A stretch of DNA of 55,879 bases, from NCBI GenBank assembly GCA_001938485.1, contig MQRK01178631.1:6518-62396 (forward strand), written 5' to 3'. The stretch comes from Girardia tigrina. Taxonomy: Eukaryota. The position numbers and the translations under genes are program-made. The notes under the pieces were generated by a model. That model searched no databases. It was not told where the DNA came from and worked only from the letters and a program-made list of their open reading frames with translations. Positions 25,227 to 34,989 of the stretch are shown here, piece by piece; the stretch's first letter is position 1, and every line of letters begins with the position of its first letter.

Positions 25227-25258
<32 letters not shown>

Positions 25259-28200
25259 NNNNNNNNNNNNNNNNNNNNNNNNNNNNNNNNNNNNNNNNNN
25301 NNNNNNNNNNNNNNNNNNNNNNNNNNNNNNNNNNNNNNNNNNNNNTAACAAACGCCATTTTAAAAGTTTTTTATTTCTCAAAACATGTTTCGCCATTACA
25401 GCATCATCAGTTGTGAAGTAAATTTCAAATTACAAGTCATTTATATGGCACATTGACTATTACATAATAATTCTTTTTTTAATTAATATTAAAAGATTTT
25501 AATATGATTGGATAATTCACTTTGAACATTTAAGCATGGTTTTAAATGCTTTATTAATAATGACTCAGTGACTAGCCTCTCATGATGTGTCGAAATTTTT
25601 CAGTTCAATATATAAAGTCTAATATAAATATAATATATATATATTCAGTCTAATATATAAAGAATGAGTCGAAATTCCGAAAACATTGATTTATACCTCT
25701 GGTAATTTTATGTACAATTTTGTTTCTGGTATCTGAAGAATATCTAAAAAATTACCGATTCTTTGAAGGAAACGGAAATTAATTAATTCTTTAAGGTTAA
25801 TAGAATAACAACTAAATTTTTTGACTAATTTCTTTATCTTTTTCGTAGTTATTATGCTTCGAAGAATCTCTTCCATATTCTTTTTAAAGTAAACATTTTT
25901 TTCATCCAAGAAGTTCAGTTAAGAACAAAACATATTTTCTTGATTTCTTGGTAATTTATTTAATCGAGCTGTCCTATTCTTATCGATAATAATAATTATA
26001 ATTTTTTTAGTTAAAGAGAATTAAAATTATTATTATTTTTCATTTCACATTAGGGGTATTACACTTTCCCGCCTTTCCAATTTGGATTTGTAATTAACAG
26101 ATGTAAGTCCGGAATAGCATTCAATTTTTTCTTGATTTCTATCGTGAAAAATTGCTTTATTCTTTAAATCTATTATCGGTTTTTTATTTGGTAAAGGTAA
26201 TAAATATTTTGAAAAATTATTATTATTATTTATTCATAACATCGATTTTAGATTCCTAATATGCATTGCCATTACAGTCGACATTCTGAAAATGGGGCAT
26301 TGTTTCTTTGGGGGGCATATTATTCAATAATAATTTTGATTTAATATTCATTTTATAAGAAAACTAAAACGAAACAATTCTAATATTCCTGCGATAAATT
26401 CTAATTCCGTTTTGTGTGTTGATTCAAAGTTTCAAATAAATATTCTGAGATGAACTTCAAAGGGTTAAATAATATATTTATGTATACAAAAAATTATCAC
26501 GAAATATTACTAATAGATGTCTTAATATTTAAATTCAGTTGCAAAATCAGTTTAGTTGTTTCATCACACTATTTTCTTCTATATAACACGCACAATAATT
26601 AGCAGTAATTGACAATTTGGTGATAAAAATGTGCTGCACGATATTCACTCTGTGTGTTTTATCCATAAAATACAAATCGGTATTACAACTATCGAAACTT
26701 GTAAGATGAATTCTTTTGAATCACTCGCTTTAATCACTATTTGGTGATACTTTGATGTACGCCTATCTAGATTTTCGTCTACTTTTACTTAGTATATTGT
26801 CCTGAGCAATAGAATAAAATTTTAAAAATTACTGACAATGTCAGAAGAATTGTTCTGCTTTTGATTTTAGCATTGCATCTACCTATATTTTATATACATA
26901 GCCAGATTTTAACCAATGGTATTTTTATAAAATTTAATTTATCATTTTCCATTCTCAGACCGAAGAAGTACAAGATTAATTTTATTCTATTCCATTTGAC
27001 TTCCTAGAACTATACCATTTATTCCTGTATTTGCGACATAACAATTTAGGCTGCCAGAAAACAATTTGTCTACAAAATTTATTGAGTTTTTAGTAAGTTT
27101 TAAAATTCTAAACAAAAAAAGGTAAACAAAATGTTTAAGTGGAAACCAGTACTTAATTCTGGTACGCAATAAAAAAATCTTATTCCTTAATTAAAAATTT
27201 TTAAGCCACTCAAAGTTTATTAATTTCGACGGTTTATCGTCAGAACAAATGATTTTTCAAACGAAATTTACTTATATAGTGCAGTTAATGATTATATAAT
27301 CAATACGTCATCAGTACATCATTTAAAATCTCAACAAAGTTATAGAAAATGCAGTTTGAACGTTAATTTTAGGACCCAAAGATCTTATATATAACGCTTC
27401 ACATGTCACTCTCCCAATAATTTTTAAATTTCGTTTGAAAAATCATTTGTTTTGACGATGACGGTTAAACCGTCGAAATTAATAAACTTTGAATTTCTTA
27501 AGAATTTTTTTGATAATTTACCAATTTTATTTCAATTTATTTGCAATTATTCCTTAATATTTTTCAAATTTGGTTTTTCCTTTCTTTTTATTAGCTTTCT
27601 ATATATTTATACCATTTCCAACCCGGTAGTGTCATTTTCCAAATCATTAACATAATTTTTTAAATATTAAAAAAATATTTTTTTTTCATTTTTATAAAAT
27701 ATTAAAAAAAATTATATATTTTATTTCGTATTTACTCTTTACTTAAATGTAAATATTTTTTGCTTCCTAATTTAATTCAACTTCAACTGCTTACATCCAT
27801 GTCTTAAATTCATGTCTTACGTTAAAATAATAGGGCCATATAAAGACAAAGAATATTAAGAATATTTATTAAATCTTCACAAAAATATTTTAACTGCCAC
27901 ATCGTTCTTGCCCTATTCTCCAGTATCCGCATCATATATTACTGTAATTTCACTCAATAACCTCACCAATTACTCCCATTATCAGGTTTCCTAGAGTACT
28001 TTCACCAAATCGCACACAAGCAAACTTCTTGATCTTTGAAAAAACATTTTCTAAGTCTTTCAGAATCAATTCAAACCCATAAGTAATTCCCTCAAGATCG
28101 TTTCTCCTGTGAATTTTCGCATTGTCCATTAGAATCATTGACCGTCGTAAGTGTTCTCTCTAATTCGAAATATATTGACGACACCTGTTAGTAATGTGGA

Positions 28201-31172
28201 GCAAAAAATATTTACATTTAAAATTAATGAAAACAAATAAGTATTTTTAAAAATTGAATCTATATTTCAAATCAGTTCAAAATAAAACATGATTTCCAAA
28301 TGAAAAATTCTCAAGTTAAAATGAAAAAATTGTATTCCTTTTTTTATGGAATTTAGAAACCTATTTTTGAAGGCCTTTACTCAATCAATTTTCTCCAAAC
28401 TTTGCACACTTAATAAATGAGGACAATAAATGATTATGCGAAAATTTTATCAAAAGAACTTTTTAAGGTCACAGAATTAAAAAAAAATTGAAAGTTTGGA
28501 ATTCCAGAGCGATATTAATTGAAAAGGATCTACTTATAAATTATATTACGCAAAAAATAAATTGAAAAATAAATAAAGTCCAGTAAACTGATTTAAAGTG
28601 TAACTAGTAAATACAAATTTTTTTTTATCTTTAGGCGGGCGGGTAATATAATTTTTTATTTTTCTACTGTTTTTTACAAGCCTTTATTACGTTTCATTTG
28701 TTTGTCTATCTGGATGCATCAAATCTTGCGATCGAAAATTCACCCACTTCCCGTTCACCTAGCGACATGAAACTTTATTCTAGGTGAAAAAACAAATTTT
28801 CTTCAAAAATTTTGAAAAAAAATAATTTTTTTTGCAAAAAAAACACTTACAATTATCTACAAATTTATACACTGTATTACATAACAATCTTTTCGTTTAT
28901 TTTCATGAATGAAATTAAAACTCTATCAAATTACCAAATAATAATAATTATTATTCACCCCTTCCCGTTCACCTAGCGATATGAAACTTTCAGGACTGAT
29001 ATATTCTTTTTTTTTCTAGGTGACAATACACTTTTTCACTGTCACTGCTCATCTACCGCCTTTAGTTTGACCGCAAAAAGTAATTAAAGTGTCGTTCTCA
29101 TGTTTTCCTGAGTAGTAGGCTTTGAAATTTGCTACATCTAAATACAAATAGAAAGCGGGTTTTCGCCTAGTAGGCTTTGATAATTCAGTCAAAAAATGTG
29201 GGAAGTGGGTGAAATAGATACAGAACCGCAAACAAATGACAAATTATAAAAGCTTGTACACCAAAAATCTTTTTGGTATGATTGAAAATATTTTGTTAAT
29301 TAAAACTTTGTCGCCAAAGTAGAGTTCTGTCTGTATAAAAAATGAAAATAAAAATATTTTTTTGGTTTACTAGTATAACTTTTTTTAGAAAAAATTTTAT
29401 CCAGAAAAGAAGATATTAAACGTGTAGTAAATGTTTACCTATAATTTTGTGTTCAATGGGAGGGTAAAAAAATTTTCAAATATCTCACAGAAATTATACT
29501 ATTTTCAGAGAGGTTAAAATCAATTTATAGTCGCGATTCTGGTAGGAATTATTGAATTTGTAAATGTTTCGTTCTTTCCATAACTTCATAAATATTGAAA
29601 CCTCCACCAACCCCCCAATTAACATGCCCCAGTTTTAGACGCTCGTCAGTAATTCTTATCTTTCACATTATTAAATGAAAACCGATTAATTAATTTCGTG
29701 TTTTTTCATAATAATAATGGAGAGAGTTTTATCGGTTTTATTTGGTAACGCAGAGGAGAAGTGAAAATTGCCGATTTCGGTCTGGCTCGTCGGTTCTATG
29801 CCGACAATATCAAACGGCCATACACGAATAAAGTGATCACACTTTGGTACCGAGCGCCAGAACTACTGCTCGGCGAAGAGATCTATGGAGTTGCGATCGA
29901 TGTGTGGTCAATCGGGTAGGCTCGATCGCGATGCAGTGGAGCGAGTTTTGAATCATCGTTTCAGTTGCATCATGGGGGAACTGTTCACCCGTCGAACGAT
30001 GTTTGCCGCATCCAACGAAATGGACCAATTGGAGGCGATATCGAAGGTGTGCGGCACTCCCAATGCCGGTATGTGGCCCGACGTGTCTAAATTGCCGCTG
30101 TTTTCTTCGTTCCGCCCCAAATACAACTACAAGCGCCGACTGAGAGAATACTATTGCACGTGAGTCGTTGTTCACATCGATAATAATCGATTTGATTCGG
30201 TGTTCTCGGATTAGATTACCGAACAGTGCGCTCGAGGTGCTCGACTGGATGCTCCAACTGGACCCCAAGCGGCGTTGCACCGCCGAACAAGCTTTAAACA
30301 GTTTTTGGCTGAGGAAAGTCGATCCGAAGCAAGTCCCACCACCCGAGTAAGTGACCTTTCAATTATCGATTGTTTCGTTTGTTTTTTTTTTGATTTTTCG
30401 ATTACACATTTATTCGTCGAATCTCTTTTTCAATGATTGATATCAATCAATCAATAAATCAATTTCTATTATCGATTTGTGTGTGTGTTTTATTGATCAA
30501 CTTCAGTTCAATGATTATCGATTAAATAACAGTAAATTGAATTAATTCGATCGATTTTAATGTTTTAAGAACATTTCAATTTATTTTAATGATTCTATTA
30601 TCGATCTTTGATTAATGCGGGTAAATTTTCATTGAATGATTTTGTTTTTCAAGTGCAAATTAGAGTTAAACATTTGAATATTGATTAATCGTTTCAGGTT
30701 CCCAAAAGACAAAGACTATCACGAATTGTCGTGCAAGAGGCGGCACAAGCAAAACCACTCGGACACCGGTTACAAATCATCGAAGTCCAGCATCAAACCC
30801 CAGCCGAGCAGCAGCTCCAACAATTCTGAAGAGATCTCAGCGGCAAATCATCCGTCTTTCGAGTTGCCGGAGAACGTATTGACAGAGTTGAAATCAAAGC
30901 TCAGTAAATTGTTCCCGAACTCAGAGAAAATCGAGGACATCTTCAATACCTCCAGTCTTTCAAAGGGTCAGTTGGAACAGATGCTCGAGCCCTACATCAA
31001 AGAAATGATCAGTAATTCTCAGAACGGTTTCGTGTTCCCTCCATCAGACCACAACAAACCAGTCATAGAAAACAATCAGTCAGATTTTGGTTTCAGTGCT
31101 ACAGATTCCAATGATCCGTGCCATTCTATCAGTCCAAAAACTTTGTTAAAGAAAAGCTGTAAATATGTATAA
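15539..31172 (+). CDS. CDK12: Cyclin-dependent kinase 12/13-like; exons 15539-15609 (tentative), 15662-16486, 29754-29915, 29965-30159, 30215-30346, 30698-31172
   Basis: Motifs [127 protein letters not shown]. All GT-AG junctions keep frame. The protein is 619 aa with the tentative first exon, or 580 aa from ATG 15708. Confidence 0.93.
18085..18330 (-). mobile_element. 246-bp non-autonomous retroposon (Ingi/Vingi-like, RIME-type)
   Basis: GC-rich island with an 8-bp TSD TCAAATTT (18077-18084, 18331-18338), inserted in a repeat unit whose empty state is visible in sister units. Its 5' end resembles the Ingi/L1Tc Pr77 signature (recalled, not searched). Confidence 0.75.
18233..18328 (-). ncRNA. 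Putative HDV-like ribozyme (Pr77-type) at the 5' end of the retroposon
   Basis: P1 GGUUGGC/GCAAUU (imperfect), P2 CCG/CGG, P3 CUG/CAG closing the 7-nt loop CCUCAAC, P4 UGGGU/ACCUA with an inner GGUGU/ACACC hairpin, then a GCAAAG joiner. Confidence 0.55.
19397..19671. mobile_element. Probable solo LTR
   Basis: TGTTGG...CCAATA termini, flanks GAAAC/GAAAA (near-TSD), and higher GC than the surroundings. Confidence 0.5.
19797..20310 (+). mobile_element. 3' end of an RLE-type (R2/R4/NeSL-group) non-LTR retrotransposon inserted in (TA)n
   Basis: One frame reads [10 protein letters not shown]...[16 protein letters not shown] (restriction-like endonuclease C-terminus), with a stop at 20192. (TA)n tracts at 19763-19796 and 20311-20324. 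Confidence 0.8.
20674..20749. repeat. Imperfect palindrome (MITE-like)
   Basis: AAATTGACTAATTCATGAATTCGGCAA / TTGCCGAATTTACGAATTAGACAATTT. Confidence 0.7.
21190..21610 (-). mobile_element. mariner transposase fragment
   Basis: [17 protein letters not shown] and [18 protein letters not shown] motifs. Confidence 0.85.
22830..23136 (+). mobile_element. 3' end of an unclassified retroelement with a terminal hairpin and (TTAAA)n tail
   Basis: Ends AACTCCACCTAAGAGGTGC-AATTAAA, with the tail continuing at 24735-24754 after the pogo insertion. A second tiny copy lies at 24826-24866. Confidence 0.5.
23137..24734 (-). mobile_element. pogo/Tigger-type (DDE_1) transposon, degraded
   Basis: Termini TA|CCCTGTT...AACAGGG|TA. 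Motifs [51 protein letters not shown]. Confidence 0.9.
25350..25610 (-). mobile_element. Penelope-like element 3' end
   Basis: Reads [24 protein letters not shown] (GIY-YIG C-terminus), followed by a hammerhead motif. Confidence 0.75.
25375..25417 (-). ncRNA. Minimal type-I hammerhead ribozyme (Penelope pLTR)
   Basis: UUCACAA-CUGAUGA-U-GCUG UAA UGGC-GAA-ACAUGU-U^UUGAGAA, with palindromic stem III. Confidence 0.8.
27194..27510. repeat. Foldback/MITE with ~75-bp inverted arms
   Basis: TCAAAGTTTATTAATTTCGACGGTTTA..CAAATGATTTTTCAAACGAAATTTA and its reverse complement at ~27425-27495. Confidence 0.8.
27860..28210 (-). mobile_element. IS630/Tc1-like transposase fragment (internally deleted)
   Basis: ILMDNAKIH...ENVFSKIK motifs. 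Confidence 0.65.
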
Positions 31173-32944
31173 AATGTAATGAAAAAAATAACTCTGATTT
31201 GAAATATATTATCTTTAATTTGTCTTTGTTTTCATTTTTATTGTTTTGACCAAATAAATTGCTTTTACAAATTGATTTGGCATAATTGTACTCCATTGGT
31301 TATTTGTTTTTATATTTTGGTAATTATATATATATAATACTAAAAAATGTTAATATAAGAAAAAAAGCATTTATTTTAATAGGTTGTCATTGACAACCTT
31401 CCGAGAAGTTAGTGACGTTTTTATTAATTGTAATTTTATTAACTTATTATAGTGATTTCACACTATTTTCCTATTCAGTCTCAAAATTTCCTGAATTAAG
31501 TTATAAGAAAAATAAGTAATTCAAGATTAATTATTTAATTAATTTTAATTTATCGGTTAAATTAAACTATAAAATTATAGTTTAAATTTTTTGTTTTCGA
31601 AAGTATCTCTTTGAGGTGATAGTATACGCCGTGAAACGTATATACCTATATGTTCAAACGTAGAGTTTTTTAGATTTGCGAAACATATTGAAATATTTTT
31701 CTGTTTTTGTTTCGTAAATTTATTGTCAACTCTGAATATAATAAAACTATTGATGTTGCTAAAATGATCGAATGCTTTTTTATTTTAAATATTAATGTTC
31801 AAACATTTATACCAGTCACATTATAGACTCAATATTATAAAATATATATTTTAAAAATAATTGAAGTAATTTATATTTTCGAAAATAATACTTTGCATAT
31901 CTTTGAGCTTTCCTGACAACAATATTATGAAAACTACATTGGACAGTGATCTTATCAATCGTTGGTACGTTAGTTTATCCTCCAAATTGTACTATTTTCG
32001 ACAATTTATTATTAATTTGTGGTTCCTGTTGTCATTTATCTATGAAATTGGTCGACTCTTAAAATAAAACCCTAGCAACAATTTGGTACTTGAAAAATCA
32101 ATCTGCACCGTGAGTCAAAACAAATGTTGGATGAAAACACAACGTATCATCATTGAAACAACTCGAAGACTCGTTAAAACACCAAAAAAAAATATTGCTA
32201 TTCTTTCCGTTTAATAAAATTTTTGAAATTGTATAAAGATTGCTATAATTATTAAAATTCAAAACATTATTTTTTCCATTTAATTTATTTAACCAAAACT
32301 AAACAATTTAGATTTTTTTAATAATTGTAATGTTAGCCATGTAATATATTAATATAATATAATAATGATACTATTTAATTAAAATTTTTTATATTTGTAA
32401 TTTCAAAATTTCTTTAGTTTAACACAGACTAATTGTTTTTTTTAGATTTAGTCGAAACTACTTTTTTATTCTCTCAATAAACGAAATGCCTTGAAAAAAT
32501 TCAATTTTAAGCGAAAAATTATTAGATTTATAATGATACAACATGTGTAATAATTTTTTTCACTATTCACAATCTCGCAAAAAACATTTTCCAAACAATT
32601 TTTAAGCTCGAATTTTATCTCTAAAAATACCGACCCAAAAATTTTCAATTTATATTATTAATTTCTAGAAAAAATCTTCCATTATATTTCCATTTCTAAA
32701 ACGAAAATTTTTTTCCAAACAAAAATTCACAACTAATTGAAAATTATTGCATATGTTTGTTTCTTTTAATAATCATAATTAAACTAATAAGAGACGCATA
32801 ATCTATTTAAAATCGGTTTCATTTTTTCTCGTAATTTTAGATTACAAACGCATGATTTCGAAATCGATTGTCTTTTTTTCCAAACAGAAAATGAATTTCA
32901 TTGTAAAATAAACGCCGCTAGATTATTGGGAAAATAATTTAGCA

Positions 32945-33475
32945 ATGGACAATCATGCTTCAGTTCATTCGTTAGACACAAACGATTTGTTAATGATGCG
33001 ATCTCACCCTAATTGGAGTCCATCGAATGGAATTAGTAAAATCAACCTGAAAATCGAAAAATTGTCGTTGCCATCGTTTCCGCCGACTCAAGATTACATA
33101 AATACGAACACAAATTCGATCGGTCACGCTAATTTGGATAGCGACACTCGCCAGTCGATTAATTCCATGGAGAAAGTCAATTCGAGCAACTGCAAAGAGT
33201 TCTATAAGTGTCAATTGTGTCAGGAATCGTTCGTCACCAAACAGGCTCTCAAGCACCACAAAGACAGCAATCACAACGAGCGGAAAACATTTCGCTGTAC
33301 GTTTAGCAATTGTCTCCGAGCGTTTACGTCGGCCAATTATCTGAAGAATCACGTCGATATCGAACACACGGACTCCATGGATCACAGAATTCCGTGTCCA
33401 AAGAAAGGATGCGGATTGATTTTTCCGAATAATTATCGTTTAAAACGACATATTCGACAGGATCATAAACGTTAG
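32945..33475 (+). CDS. C2H2 zinc-finger protein (3 fingers)
   Basis: Intact 176-aa ORF with CQLC..HKDSNH, CTFSNC..HVDIEH and CPKKGC..HIRQDH. Its composition resembles the CDK exons. Extra exons cannot be excluded. Confidence 0.85.
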   Translation: MDNHASVHSLDTNDLLMMRSHPNWSPSNGISKINLKIEKLSLPSFPPTQDYINTNTNSIGHANLDSDTRQSINSMEKVNSSNCKEFYKCQLCQESFVTKQALKHHKDSNHNERKTFRCTFSNCLRAFTSANYLKNHVDIEHTDSMDHRIPCPKKGCGLIFPNNYRLKRHIRQDHKR

Positions 33476-33791
33476 CGTTTTTTGTGGAATCTTTTTTTAA
33501 TATTTATATTTAATTTGGTAAAAAAACTAAATTTGATCACAGTCGATTTTAAAATTACACTTCATTTAATCACACTCTTTGTTTGACATTGAACTTTTTG
33601 TAAGGTAGTTGATCTATTGAGAGAACCACAAGTTTCAAAGAAAACAAAACTTTTAAAGTCTGTATTAAAAATTACAGAAATTTCTTTTTAAAAACAAAAT
33701 CATCGACGATAAGTACAAATATGAATATTTTAAAAATTAAATGTAATTATTATTAATTATTAATCCAGAACACCAATGAACTCAAATTTTA

Positions 33792-33844
33792 TTGTCGCAA
33801 TATATTTCGGTGGATTTTCCACCATCTTCAGGCTGAATTAACAA
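33792..33844 (-). ncRNA. Minimal hammerhead ribozyme
   Basis: UUGUU..GC-CUGAAGA-U-GGUGGA AAA UCCACC-GAA-AUAUAU-U^GC-GACAA. Confidence 0.85.
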
Positions 33845-34700
33845 CAATTCCACTGTCTTATATATAGCAAATTGATGATTATGCAAACATCTTGCGTAAT
33901 AACTAATTAAATATTTTCAACAAATTGGAAGAGAGACTTGTTTGTACATTAATGGACGGATAATCAATAATGCCTCACAAGTAACTCTCCCAATAATTTT
34001 TAAAATTACTGCACAATATTTTAAAATTAGTTGTTTTCACCTCCGACTTACAACCCTTCATGTGTCCAGCAATATTACTCCCATTACCCAATCGTCCATG
34101 CTCCTGAATCCGTTTGCGGAGATGACGAGACGTCTCTCCGATGTATGTAGCGTTGTACCCATTACACAAAAATTGATAAACCAGATTGGAACGTAAACTC
34201 AAAGGAGAACGAGATTTATTGCTGAATATACTTTGAATTTTGTAAGATTTAGAAATGATTTTTAAATTCAAATTTTTACTATCGATTGATTTTAAAATAG
34301 ACGATTTAAATTTTTTGTAACCTTCTGAATGAGGAACGATTAGCGTATATCCAATATTAGAATTATCATTAGATAATTTATCGGGTTTTAATTCGCCTTT
34401 ACCCTCATGATCTTTATTCATTAATTTATCTATCGTCTCATTAGTTAGTTTCTCTAAAAATGATTTCGAATATCCATTTTTCTGCAATAGTTCTGTTAGT
34501 TTATCTATGCTTGCATTTTAAAATATTGTGCAGTAATTTTAAAAAAATATTGGGAAAGAGTTACTTGTGAAGCATTATTGATTATCCGTTCATTAATGTC
34601 CAAACAAGTCTCTCTTCCAATTTGTTGAAAATATTTAATTAGTTATTACGCAAGATGTTTACATAATCATCAATTTGTTATATATGAGACAGCGAAATTG

Positions 34701-34753
34701 TTGTTAATTCAGCCTGAAGATGGTGGAAAATCCACCGAAATATATCGCGACAA
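34701..34753 (+). ncRNA. Minimal hammerhead ribozyme
   Basis: CUGAAGA at 34714-34720, stem II GGUGGA/UCCACC, GAAA at 34737-34740, palindromic AUAUAU stem III, AUC^ cleavage after 34746, stem I GC/GC plus UUGUU/GACAA. Confidence 0.88.
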
Positions 34754-34890
34754 TAAAATTTGAGTTTAATGGCGTTCTAAATTATAAAATTTTGCCATTA
34801 TTTTTTTAAATTTCTTATTAATAATTATTATTTATTATAAATTATATATATTTTGAAAATATAATTTGATTTAAGCTTCTTTTATATAAT

Positions 34891-34937
34891 TATTTGACAT
34901 GTTTCGATGCTTACACACATCATCATCAGCAATATTT
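34891..34937 (-). ncRNA. Minimal hammerhead ribozyme (inverted pLTR of the second Penelope element)
   Basis: UAUUG-CUGAUGA-U-GAUG..CAUC-GAA-ACAUGU-C^AAAUA. The first stem-I pair is mismatched. Confidence 0.75.
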
Positions 34938-34989
34938 GAAATTTATTATTTGAATATCTGAATATTTCAATTGTTTTAATTAAATAATA

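Larger units (their letters stand above)
22379..25228 (-). mobile_element. Chapaev3-like transposon relic split by nested insertions (pieces at 22379-22826 and 24755-25228)
   Basis: [22 protein letters not shown] and [13 protein letters not shown] at 24755-25228, and C-terminal [18 protein letters not shown] at ~22720-22826. Same family as 38122-40460. Confidence 0.8.
26275..29649. mobile_element. Old TA-flanked TIR element (~3.4 kb) containing nested repeats
   Basis: Left end TA|CAGTCGACATTCTGAAAATGGGGCATTG..TTGGGGGG versus right end (reverse complement) TA|CTGACGAGCGTCTAAAACTGGGGCATG..TTGGGGGG. Confidence 0.55.
33767..34778 (-). mobile_element. 5'-truncated Penelope-like element with GIY-YIG endonuclease and an inverted pLTR
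   Basis: ORF 33975-34487 (SNLVYQFLC..YIGETSRHLRKRIQEH). ~260-bp inverted arms at 33767-34027 and 34515-34778, each containing a hammerhead. Confidence 0.92.
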
